Shown: piece after piece, positions 15,788 through 24,205 of the stretch
How positions within the stretch are numbered: the stretch's first letter is position 1
Layout of the letters: each line of letters starts with the position of its first letter
DNA from: a virus
Lineage: Duplodnaviria > Caudoviricetes
Reading direction: 5' to 3' (one strand)
DNA length: 28,090 nt
Virus record (IMG/VR): IMGVR_UViG_3300034103_000145
Span: 1-28,090 of that record
Notes under the pieces: model-generated
Seen by the model: the letters and a program-made list of their open reading frames with translations, nothing else
Told to the model about the DNA's origin: nothing
Databases searched by the model: none
Position numbers and translations under genes: made by a program

Positions 15788-16209
15788 GCCTAGTTATCTA
15801 CCACGACGGTATCATGTACGCAGACACCAAAGCGTGGGGAGGCCCAGGCGTTTCTCCTCCCGGGAACAAGGACAAAGTGTTGGTCGCGGACAGCGGAGAC
15901 TTGGTGGGAATCACGAGCGGAGCACTCGGCATGCCCACCAAGGTGATCGAGTCTTACAACTCTGGAGAAAAGTTCGTCGAAGCGGGTGACCACCAAACAC
16001 TCGTTCTCCGCCGAGACGGTAGCGTCTGGTACTGGGCCGATGACGCCTGTATAGTCGGCCCGCTCACCTGCAAGTTCTCCGCAGTCGGCACCGGATCGAA
16101 GTATGCGCTTGGCGTGCTTCGTCACGGAGGCACCGTAAAGGAAGCATTCAAGATCGCATCAGAGCTGGACTACTTCACCGACAAGGTGTTCCGCACATTC
16201 CGCATATAG
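15784..16209 (+). CDS. HslV/proteasome-beta-like Ntn-fold protein
   Basis: MSLVIYHDGIMYADT...DKV...AVGTGSKYALG...EAFKIA..LD; GGAGG RBS, ATGA overlap. Confidence 0.7.
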   Translation: MSLVIYHDGIMYADTKAWGGPGVSPPGNKDKVLVADSGDLVGITSGALGMPTKVIESYNSGEKFVEAGDHQTLVLRRDGSVWYWADDACIVGPLTCKFSAVGTGSKYALGVLRHGGTVKEAFKIASELDYFTDKVFRTFRI

Positions 16210-16218
16210 GAGACATAG

Positions 16219-18735
16219 ATGCTAACGCAGTCGGAACTCGAACTGGAGACTTACGCCTTCGGCCAAGAGCGCATGCGCAAGGCCATCGAGCGCAACGAGG
16301 AGAACGGCGGCGCACCGAACAATCCTTACGCTCAGGCTGTGTACCGCCGGTTCGTGCTCCCTCTTGCGGAACGCATCCGAGTGGACATAGACAAGCCGCG
16401 CATCGGTAGAGCACAGGCGCATGTGCCTTTGCTACGAGCGAAGTTCGACCCCGAGCGTAAGGACAAGCGCGGCAGGGTGGTGTCCGCCGAGGATCAGGCA
16501 ACCGAGTGGTACGAGGCAGTCGCGTTCGTCGCAGTGCGTGGTGCTCTAGCCTCCTGCATTGCGGAGCAAGGAAAGCGCGAGCGCGCGGCGGGCAGGGAAA
16601 CCGTAAAGCAAGTCGGGACCAACGTGTACCACGAGTATCTGCTGACGCAGTTTGCTGATGCAGAGCCTACTCTGTTCTACCACCTCATGAACGACATGGA
16701 TCGAAAGCTCAGCGTCAACGAGACGCACCGCATGACCGTGATGAAAATGCAGGGCAGGAAGAACGGGGTGGAGTTCCACGAATGGGGCCAAGCGCAGCGG
16801 GATCAGGTCGGCGGGTATCTCGTCGATCAGCTTGCCCAGCTCGGCATGCTCGATATCGCACTGGTGAATGAGGTTGCCGTGAGCGGCGGCCGTCGTTCGA
16901 TGAAGACGAATCTGCACATCACCTTGACCGAGGAAGTGCGGGCGCTGATTAACCAGATCAGCGAGTTCGTGATCGAGAGCACTCCGTACTTCCTGCCCTG
17001 CGTCGAGCCGCCGAAGGACTGGACAGACGTGGGCAACGGGGGCTTTCACACCAACGAGATGCGCAGGCTGCATCCGTGGATGGTGAAGACCTACGCCCAG
17101 ACTCGCGACGACTACCGCAGCGCCGATATGCGCAACGAAATGCAGGCCGTCAACAGCTTGCAGCAGGTTAAGTGGCGCATCAACAAGCGCCTGCTCGAAG
17201 CGGTGTCCAGCGTCGCTCGGGTACACGACATGGACGAAATCATCTCGCAGGCCGAGATGCCCAAGCCCCGCAAGCCGGAGTGGCTGGAGAAGGGCATGAC
17301 GAAGGAGGACATGACCGAAGGTCAGCAGCGGGAGTTCAAGAAGTGGAAGCGCGAGGTTGCAGACTGGCACACGGACGAGCGCCTGCGCGCCGGTAAGAGC
17401 AACAGGTTCTACAACGCAATGCGAGTGGCGCGCAAGTTCGCTGACTACCCGGCAATATACTTCGTCTACTTCGTGGACTTCCGAGGCCGAAAGTACGTCC
17501 AGACCAGCGGCGTCTCACCGCAGGGTTCGGACTTGCAGAAGGCACTGCTGGAGTTCGGAGAAGGCAAGCCACTGCACACACAGTCTGCGAAGGACTGGTT
17601 CTGCATCACAGGAGCAAACCGATGGGGATACGACAAGGCGACTCTGCCCGATCGTGTGAAGTGGGTGGCGGATCATCACGACTCGATAATGTCGTTCGCT
17701 GCGGACCCGGTGAACAACGACGAGTGGAAGACCGCAGACAAGCCGCTGCAATTTCTCGCTTGGTGTTTGGAGTACGAGCAGTGGCAAGTATTCGGGGATC
17801 GCTTCCTGAGCCGATGCGCAGTTCCGATGGATGGTTCGTGCAATGGTCTTCAGAACTTCTCCGCGATGCTGCGCGATGCAGTAGGCGGGGTGGCAACTAA
17901 CCTGCTGCCACCAAAGAATCCTTACGATGTCCCGAACGATCTCTACGGGCTAGTAGCGCAACTCGTAACCGCTATTCTGGAGTTCGAGGAAGACGACGCC
18001 GAGGGCTTTCGCAGGTTGTGGCTGGATCATGGCCTGACTCGAGACCTCGTGAAGCGGTCAGTAATGACGCTGCCCTACGGCAGCAAGCAATCAAGCTGGG
18101 CGGACTTCATCGTATCGGACTATCTGCGCGAGGGCAAGTTCCCCGCGCTGGACAAGAAGCTCTACGAGCAGGCCGCACGCTTCCTCAGCAAGCGCCTCGG
18201 CGTCGCCATCGCTGACACCGTGGTGGCCGCAGCCGACGCGATGACTTGGCTCCAGCGCAGCAGCACGGCGATCTTGCGAGAAGGCTACGACCGCATCCGC
18301 TGGATCACACCCTCCGGCTTCCCGGTCACTCAGGTGTACTGGGAGACCGAAGAGCACAGGATCAACACCAAGCTCTGCGGCAACGCCAAGCTGTCCATTC
18401 GCCGCAGCACGGACGCGGTGAAGAAGTCCCGGCACCGCAACGGCATCGCGCCGAACTTCGTCCACAGCCTTGATGCCAGCCATCTGACGCTCGTGGTGAA
18501 CCAGGCCAAGGCCGAGGGCATCGACGCCTTCGCCGTGATCCACGACGATTACGGCACACACGCAGCCCACACGGCCCGCCTGTACGAAATCATCAGGGAG
18601 GTGTTCGTGGAGATGTACGAGCGCCATGACGTTCTGGAGGAGTTCAGGGCGGCATACGGGTTTCTGCCCGACCCGCCGGCGATGGGAGACCTCGACCTCC
18701 GGCAAGTGCTGGACTCGCCCTACTTCTTCAGTTGA
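16219..18735 (+). CDS. Single-subunit T7-type RNA polymerase
   Basis: DFRGRKY, PQGSD, DGSCNGLQ, KRSVMTLPYG, PNFVHSLDA, IHDDYG. Confidence 0.98.
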   Translation: MLTQSELELETYAFGQERMRKAIERNEENGGAPNNPYAQAVYRRFVLPLAERIRVDIDKPRIGRAQAHVPLLRAKFDPERKDKRGRVVSAEDQATEWYEAVAFVAVRGALASCIAEQGKRERAAGRETVKQVGTNVYHEYLLTQFADAEPTLFYHLMNDMDRKLSVNETHRMTVMKMQGRKNGVEFHEWGQAQRDQVGGYLVDQLAQLGMLDIALVNEVAVSGGRRSMKTNLHITLTEEVRALINQISEFVIESTPYFLPCVEPPKDWTDVGNGGFHTNEMRRLHPWMVKTYAQTRDDYRSADMRNEMQAVNSLQQVKWRINKRLLEAVSSVARVHDMDEIISQAEMPKPRKPEWLEKGMTKEDMTEGQQREFKKWKREVADWHTDERLRAGKSNRFYNAMRVARKFADYPAIYFVYFVDFRGRKYVQTSGVSPQGSDLQKALLEFGEGKPLHTQSAKDWFCITGANRWGYDKATLPDRVKWVADHHDSIMSFAADPVNNDEWKTADKPLQFLAWCLEYEQWQVFGDRFLSRCAVPMDGSCNGLQNFSAMLRDAVGGVATNLLPPKNPYDVPNDLYGLVAQLVTAILEFEEDDAEGFRRLWLDHGLTRDLVKRSVMTLPYGSKQSSWADFIVSDYLREGKFPALDKKLYEQAARFLSKRLGVAIADTVVAAADAMTWLQRSSTAILREGYDRIRWITPSGFPVTQVYWETEEHRINTKLCGNAKLSIRRSTDAVKKSRHRNGIAPNFVHSLDASHLTLVVNQAKAEGIDAFAVIHDDYGTHAAHTARLYEIIREVFVEMYERHDVLEEFRAAYGFLPDPPAMGDLDLRQVLDSPYFFS

Positions 18736-18736
18736 C

Positions 18737-18756
18737 TTTCGGTACACATACGACAG
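18737..18756 (+). promoter_or_regulatory. Putative phage RNAP late promoter, copy 1
   Basis: TTTCGGTACACATACGACAG, exact 20-bp direct repeat just after the RNAP gene. Confidence 0.65.
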
Positions 18757-18814
18757 ACCGAGACGGCCCTCGCCGCATCCCGCCAACGCGAAAGCGTGGG
18801 TTACCGGGAGGGCG

Positions 18815-18834
18815 TTTCGGTACACATACGACAG
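18815..18834 (+). promoter_or_regulatory. Putative phage RNAP late promoter, copy 2
   Basis: Identical 20-mer 78 bp downstream, running into the AGGAGG RBS. Confidence 0.65.
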
Positions 18835-18842
18835 GAGGCTCA

Positions 18843-19046
18843 ATGACCCAGCAAGTGAAAACCGTCATGAGGCTGCACCCCGACGCCTTGGCCGCCGTGC
18901 GGAAACAAGCGGGGATGGCACTCTCCATCAACGGGAATACCACGCCGCAAGAGGCAGGTTTCCATCTCGGCATGGCCCGAGTCCTAGACATACTTCGGGA
19001 GGGATTCACCATTGAACCCAACCACCAGAACACCAACGACGGGTGA
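18843..19046 (+). CDS. Small late hypothetical protein (67 aa)
   Basis: AGGAGG RBS before ATG 18843; first gene of the late block. Confidence 0.8.
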   Translation: MTQQVKTVMRLHPDALAAVRKQAGMALSINGNTTPQEAGFHLGMARVLDILREGFTIEPNHQNTNDG

Positions 19047-19479
19047 TGCAAGGTCGATCAGGGCGGCGCTAGACGCCGCTCTGTATCGGTCTTTAGCCCC
19101 AAGCGGGACGGAGTATAGCAACTCCTCCGTGGACTTCTTCTGCGACGACAGAGAGTATGCCGTACAGGTAATAGTCCAGAACATGGTAGATGCTGTAGTG
19201 ATTAACGAAAGCTACCTACTGGTGTTCTCCGTAGTGAGACCTTGGTACTCCAAGAACAAGACCGTTCTCTGTGAGGACTTGGTACTGCGGATCGGAAAAG
19301 GAAGCTCCTTCAGCGACGTGATCGCCACGATGGAAGACCTCGCTGAAGTTAACGAATGCGACGCCATAATCACCGGCGGCGCGCTTGCCCGCTCCTCTAG
19401 GGCAATCACCCGGCTCTACCAAAGATTCGGCTTCGTGCTGGAGGATGGTTCGCCGCAACTCACCAAACGAAGGAGATAG
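19012..19479 (+). CDS. Hypothetical protein, possibly GNAT-like fold
   Basis: TTG start with GGAGG RBS (start uncertain); C-terminal RLYQRFGF resembles the GNAT LYxxxGF motif. Confidence 0.6.
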   Translation: MNPTTRTPTTGDARSIRAALDAALYRSLAPSGTEYSNSSVDFFCDDREYAVQVIVQNMVDAVVINESYLLVFSVVRPWYSKNKTVLCEDLVLRIGKGSSFSDVIATMEDLAEVNECDAIITGGALARSSRAITRLYQRFGFVLEDGSPQLTKRRR

Positions 19480-19482
19480 CCT

Positions 19483-19830
19483 ATGGGTTCCTCGATTGGC
19501 GGTGGCTCGTCAAAGACGGCAGCGAAGAAGCAAGCTGCTGCCATCGACCGTCAGACCAACCTCCAGACCAAGCAGACCAACTACCAGATTCAGGCGATGG
19601 CCGACCAGATGGCAACCGCTGCCGCGCAGCAGGCTGCTTCCGAGTACGCAGAGAAGCTGCTCAGCGCACCACCCGAGACGGTGGACATCACGCTCGGAAG
19701 TTCTGACCTCGACCTCATGACCAACGACCTCATCGGACGCCGCCGCACCAATCGGCAGATGTACCAGAGGATCGTCCCCACAGCCCAATCTCGCGTGACC
19801 GGAATCTCCGGCGGCGATCTGCTCCTGTGA
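19483..19830 (+). CDS. Small virion protein upstream of portal (T7 gp7.3-like position)
   Basis: AAGGAG RBS; Gly/Ala/Gln-rich; synteny. Confidence 0.65.
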   Translation: MGSSIGGGSSKTAAKKQAAAIDRQTNLQTKQTNYQIQAMADQMATAAAQQAASEYAEKLLSAPPETVDITLGSSDLDLMTNDLIGRRRTNRQMYQRIVPTAQSRVTGISGGDLLL

Positions 19831-19837
19831 GGCGCGC

Positions 19838-21364
19838 ATGGAAAATCCGATGAATCCAACCACGGCGCATCAGCGATTCGAGAAGCTGGACGGGAAGCGT
19901 AACGGTATCCTGCACCGACTCGAACGCTACGCCTCATGGACAATCCCCAAGCTGTTCCCGAGGAAGAACCGAGATCAGGACACCGAACCCCTGACGCACG
20001 GCTTCCAGTCCCTCGGCGCGCAGGCCGTCAACCATCTCGCCAATAAGCTCATGATGTCCTTGTTCGCGCCATCCCGTCCATTCTTTCGGCTGGAGGCAAA
20101 TCGCAAGGGACGGGCAGCGATGCAGGAACAAGGTGTGGACTTGAAGAAGGTCCAGACCGAACTCGCAAAGCTGGAGCAAGAGGCGTCGTTGGAACTCGAC
20201 AAGAGGGCGATTCGTTCCCGGCTCTACGACCTGCTGAAAATGCTGATCGTGCTGGGCAACGCGCTGATGGTCTTCGACAAGGAGACCGTGCGAGTTCTAA
20301 ACCTCCGCAACTACGTGGTCAAGCGCGACCGGCAAGGCTCGGTCTGCGAACTGATCGTGCGGGAGCGAATCCACAAGTCCGCCATCAAAGCCCCCGCTTT
20401 GGCCGCAGTCATTTCCAATCCGGAGTTCAAGCCGGACGACGACGGCAACTGTTGGGAATACAAGTGGGTGAAATGGAATGGCACGAAGTTCGAGGAGACG
20501 ACTTGGCTGGACGACGCTAAGCTCCCCGCCAACTTCTCGTCCACTTACACCAAGGATAGTCTGCCCTACAGGGCGGTGACTTGGGACTTGGCATCTGGCG
20601 ACGACTACGGCACCGGCCTCGTGGAAGATTACGAAGGCGACTACCAAGCCCTGTCGCTCCTGAGCGAAGCAACCATCCACGCCGCGATCCTCGCATCCGA
20701 GTTCAGGTGGCTGGTGAACCCCGCAGGCCAGACCTCGGTGGAAGACTTCACTGCATCCCCCAACGGCGCGGCGATCCCGGGCCAGAAGGGCGACATCGAA
20801 CTCATCAACTCGGGCCTCGAAGGCACGCTGCAAACGAACCTCAGCATCCAGCAGCTTTACATCAACCGCATCGGCGCGGGCTTCCTCTTGCAAACCGCAG
20901 TCACGCGGCAGGCAGAGCGGGTCACCGCAGAAGAAATCAGGATGGTGGCAGAAGAACTGGAGGGCGGACTCGGCGGCGGATACAGCCGCATCGCCGTAGA
21001 CGTGCAGGTTCCCGTGGCCTACTGGGTCATGAAGCTCATCGACAAAAGCATTGCCGGTTCCGACATCGAACCCGTAATCATCACTGGCCTCGCTGCGCTC
21101 TCCCGAACGGGCGACCGCGACAGGCTGCTGGGATTCGGGCAAGACCTCAGCGGCGTGCTCAGCCTTCCTCCGCAGATTCTCGAACGCCTGAAGTTGGGCG
21201 CATGGATTGCCGACCTCGCCGCCGCGCGTGGTCTGGACCCGGCTACCTACGTACTGACGGATGAGGAGTACGGACAGATGATGCAGATGCGTCAGCAGCA
21301 GCAGCTCGCGATGCAGAACGCTTCCCAACAGATCGACAATTCCAACAACATGGAGACACGATGA
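19838..21364 (+). CDS. Portal (head-tail connector) protein
   Basis: FQSLGAQAVNHLANKL...PFFRL, YGTGLVE, AERVTAEEIR...LGG motifs. Confidence 0.96.
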   Translation: MENPMNPTTAHQRFEKLDGKRNGILHRLERYASWTIPKLFPRKNRDQDTEPLTHGFQSLGAQAVNHLANKLMMSLFAPSRPFFRLEANRKGRAAMQEQGVDLKKVQTELAKLEQEASLELDKRAIRSRLYDLLKMLIVLGNALMVFDKETVRVLNLRNYVVKRDRQGSVCELIVRERIHKSAIKAPALAAVISNPEFKPDDDGNCWEYKWVKWNGTKFEETTWLDDAKLPANFSSTYTKDSLPYRAVTWDLASGDDYGTGLVEDYEGDYQALSLLSEATIHAAILASEFRWLVNPAGQTSVEDFTASPNGAAIPGQKGDIELINSGLEGTLQTNLSIQQLYINRIGAGFLLQTAVTRQAERVTAEEIRMVAEELEGGLGGGYSRIAVDVQVPVAYWVMKLIDKSIAGSDIEPVIITGLAALSRTGDRDRLLGFGQDLSGVLSLPPQILERLKLGAWIADLAAARGLDPATYVLTDEEYGQMMQMRQQQQLAMQNASQQIDNSNNMETR

Positions 21365-22200
21365 GCAACAACGCACCCCCGGGCGGCGGCCCCAACGGTA
21401 CGGTGATCGCCTCGACCGCGCAACTGCATCAGCAGCCTCCGGTCACGGTGGATGATCCCACCAAGGTCCAGACGCAGCAGGCGCAGCCCAATCAGAAGCC
21501 CAACCAGCAGACGCCCCCGGTCACCGACCCGAACGCTCTGAATCTCGAAGCGGCCCCGGTACAGCAGGCACCTGCGGCCAACGCCCCTGCCTCGACGGAC
21601 ATCCCCGACTACGGCGACAACGGCCTGAACATCGCGGCGGATTACTTCGTCAACACGGTGGGTCTCGCGCTCGACAGTCGTGAGCTGACGGAAGCCACGA
21701 ATGGCAACTTCGCGCTGCTCGAAGCGAAGCTCGAAGTCCTCGGCGACAAGGCCAAGGGTTCGGGTCCGATCCTCGCACTGGCGAAGGAAAGCGTGCAGCG
21801 TCTCGCTGCGGCTGCCACCGCGCAGCATCAGCAGACGGTCACCAAGGTCCACGAGGCGGTGGGCGGCGAAGCCAACTGGAAAGCGATCCAGCAGTTCGCG
21901 CGCACCAACCTCCCGGCGGACGAGCTCAAAGAGGCGAGCAACGCCCTGTCCTCGGGCGGCCTCGCAGCCGTCGCGATGGCACGGCACCTGCTGAGTCTCG
22001 CAACCACGAACCCCGGCGTATCCACGCAGGGCCAGTCCGCGACGGACCCGGCCGCTGTGACGGAATCGCTGCAAGGTGTCGCACCCGTCAACCGGGACCA
22101 GTATCGCGCCGAGTACAAGAAGATCGTCGCGAAGTACGGCATCCAAGGCGCGGCGAAGTCCGACGAACTGCGGGCACTCAACGCCCGATTCACCCCGTAA
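21361..22200 (+). CDS. Capsid scaffolding protein
   Basis: Between portal and capsid; low-complexity N-terminus; VGGEANWKAI motif. Confidence 0.85.
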   Translation: MSNNAPPGGGPNGTVIASTAQLHQQPPVTVDDPTKVQTQQAQPNQKPNQQTPPVTDPNALNLEAAPVQQAPAANAPASTDIPDYGDNGLNIAADYFVNTVGLALDSRELTEATNGNFALLEAKLEVLGDKAKGSGPILALAKESVQRLAAAATAQHQQTVTKVHEAVGGEANWKAIQQFARTNLPADELKEASNALSSGGLAAVAMARHLLSLATTNPGVSTQGQSATDPAAVTESLQGVAPVNRDQYRAEYKKIVAKYGIQGAAKSDELRALNARFTP

Positions 22201-22221
22201 CCACAGGAGCAACACTAACAC

Positions 22222-23244
22222 ATGAGCACCATCTTCCCGACCGTTCCGGTTCTGCCGAACCAGATCAACCAGACGGGCAACGCGAACGCCCTGATTCTGG
22301 AGCAGTTCACCGGCGACGTGGAGCACACGTTCGTCTCGACCTCCGTGCTGGAGAAGTTCTTCCCGCGCAAGACCGTGAAGGGCACCAACACGCTGACCCG
22401 CAAGGCCATCGGCCGCACGAAGCTCCAGAAGCTGAAGCGTGGCGACTCGCCCGACGGCACGCAGGTGGACTTCAGCAAGGCGTCGGTGACCGTCGATACC
22501 CTGCTGCTTTCGCGGCACAGCATCTGGGTGCTGGACGAAATCTTCACCGACATCGACACCCGCAAGGAAATCGCCGTCGAGCAGGGGCAGGAAATCGCCG
22601 AGTTCGTCGATGCGACCATCTCCATCGCTGCTGCCAAGGCTGCCGCGCAGACGCAGAGCACCTTCACCAAGAACGGCCGCGCGCCCGAGGGCCACTTCGG
22701 TGCCACGCAGATCGGACTGGCTGCGGCCGGTGACGAGCTGGACCCGGCCAAGCTGTACGCTGCCATCGGCAAGCTGTTCTCCCAGATGGAGGAGACCAAG
22801 AAGGTCAAGCCGCAGCGTGACGGCATCGTGCTCATCGTCCGCCCGACCGTGTTCTACACGCTCCAGCAGGCCGAGCAGATCGTCAACGGCGAGTACCTGA
22901 CCAGCGACGGCAACCGTCTCACCGGCATCCCGATGTTCAAGGCGTGGGGCGTCCCCGTGCTGTCGAGCGAGAACCTGCCGAACGGCCAAGTCGTCGGCCA
23001 TCTCCTGTCCAACGAAGACAACAACCAGTGGTACGACGGCAACTTCACCGGCCTCGTGGCCGTCGCGGTTTCCCCGCGTGCGCTGCTGATCGCCGAGGCG
23101 CTGCCGCTCCAGTCGAGCGTCTGGTGGTCCGATTCGTCAAAGTGCTACTTCGTGGACTCGTGGATGTCGTTCGCCGTGGGCTTCAACCGCGTCGATTTGG
23201 CGGGCCTGATCCGCGCTGCGGGCACCAACCCGGGCGCTTCGTAA
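22222..23244 (+). CDS. Major capsid protein
   Basis: LEQFTGDVE, VTVDTLL, GVPVLSSENLP as in T7-like capsids; AGGAG RBS; strong codon bias. Confidence 0.95.
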   Translation: MSTIFPTVPVLPNQINQTGNANALILEQFTGDVEHTFVSTSVLEKFFPRKTVKGTNTLTRKAIGRTKLQKLKRGDSPDGTQVDFSKASVTVDTLLLSRHSIWVLDEIFTDIDTRKEIAVEQGQEIAEFVDATISIAAAKAAAQTQSTFTKNGRAPEGHFGATQIGLAAAGDELDPAKLYAAIGKLFSQMEETKKVKPQRDGIVLIVRPTVFYTLQQAEQIVNGEYLTSDGNRLTGIPMFKAWGVPVLSSENLPNGQVVGHLLSNEDNNQWYDGNFTGLVAVAVSPRALLIAEALPLQSSVWWSDSSKCYFVDSWMSFAVGFNRVDLAGLIRAAGTNPGAS

Positions 23245-23251
23245 TCCACTA

Positions 23252-23293
23252 GGGCGCAGTCCCTGAATCCTTCGGGTAACTCAAACTGCGCCC
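23252..23293 (+). other. Stem-loop after the capsid gene
   Basis: GGGCGCAGT/ACTGCGCCC stem with inner cc-TTCG-gg; no U-tract. Confidence 0.5.
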
Positions 23294-23312
23294 AACCACT
23301 CAGGAGAAACAC

Positions 23313-23525
23313 ATGGTCTACAACCGACCCTTCGAGATTTCCAACCGCGTCAAAATCACCGCCGCCATCGCGCCCCTCGGCATCCTCGCCGCTACGCCCG
23401 GCACCATCGTCAGCGTCTTCGGCCGCGACAATGCGTGGCGCGTCGTGGTCCGCGTGAAGGACGACGAGAACGGCTCGCAGGACTTCGATCTGGCCGCGAC
23501 CGCCGTGACCCTCGCGACGGTCTGA
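23313..23525 (+). CDS. Small virion-region protein (70 aa; possible capsid decoration protein)
   Basis: CAGGAG RBS; capsid-like codon bias; lies before the putative terminator. Confidence 0.75.
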   Translation: MVYNRPFEISNRVKITAAIAPLGILAATPGTIVSVFGRDNAWRVVVRVKDDENGSQDFDLAATAVTLATV

Positions 23526-23531
23526 TCCACC

Positions 23532-23565
23532 GGGCAGGGAGAGCAACAGCTCTCTCTGCCTTGTT
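23532..23565 (+). terminator. Putative intrinsic terminator after the capsid block
   Basis: GGGCAGGGAGAGC-aaca-GCTCTCTCTGCCT followed by a short TGTT; position analogous to T7 T-phi. Confidence 0.55.
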
Positions 23566-23578
23566 CCAAGGAGGCTAC

Positions 23579-24196
23579 ATGTTCATCACAGAATTGGACG
23601 TTGTGAACGCTTGCCTGAAGACGATGGGCGAAACCAAGCTCAACACTTTGGAAGACGATCACCCGTACAAGGACGACGCGCGCGACCTCGTGTCTCGCGT
23701 TCTCCGCGATACCTCCTCGCTGTCCCTCTGGTTCAACACCGAATGGCTGGAGCTGCTTCCGCAGGCCACCAGCAAGTACATCATGGTTCCTACCGATGTG
23801 CTGAAGGTAGACCCGATGCCGCAGTGCCGTAGCCGCCGAGTCGCCCAACGCGGGCGCAGGCTTTACGACATCGGCAGGAACAAGTACGAGTTCGATGGCC
23901 CGGTCACCGTAAAGGTGGCAAGGCTGCTCGACTTCGACGACTGCCCTTACGAAGTGCAGATGTTCGTGCGCGATGATGCGGTGCTCCGTTTCCAGTCGGA
24001 CTTCGACGGCGACAACACCAAGTACCAGAAGATTCTCCAGCAGCGCAACGATAGCTGGATCAACCTGCGCTCGGAGCATATCCGCCAGTTGAAGGCAAAC
24101 CCGCTGTACGCCCGCGCAAGCGTGGACGTTCTGCGCGGCAGGTTCCACAACTACAGCGGTCACCCGTGGCACAGCCACACCACATTCCCCGGTTAA
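23579..24196 (+). CDS. Tail tubular protein A
   Basis: TELDVVNACLKTMGE...WFNTE...RGRRLYD; AAGGAGG RBS before ATG 23579. Confidence 0.93.
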   Translation: MFITELDVVNACLKTMGETKLNTLEDDHPYKDDARDLVSRVLRDTSSLSLWFNTEWLELLPQATSKYIMVPTDVLKVDPMPQCRSRRVAQRGRRLYDIGRNKYEFDGPVTVKVARLLDFDDCPYEVQMFVRDDAVLRFQSDFDGDNTKYQKILQQRNDSWINLRSEHIRQLKANPLYARASVDVLRGRFHNYSGHPWHSHTTFPG

Positions 24197-24205
24197 GGAG
24201 GCATC

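Noticed and set aside
18737-18834. CRISPR mini-array
   Set aside because: Only two non-palindromic 20-bp repeats, no cas genes, and the position is typical of phage promoters
23220-23525. T7 gp10B-type frameshift fusing capsid to the 70-aa ORF
   Set aside because: TAA at 23277-23279 is in frame with the small ORF, which has its own RBS; no slippery site is evident
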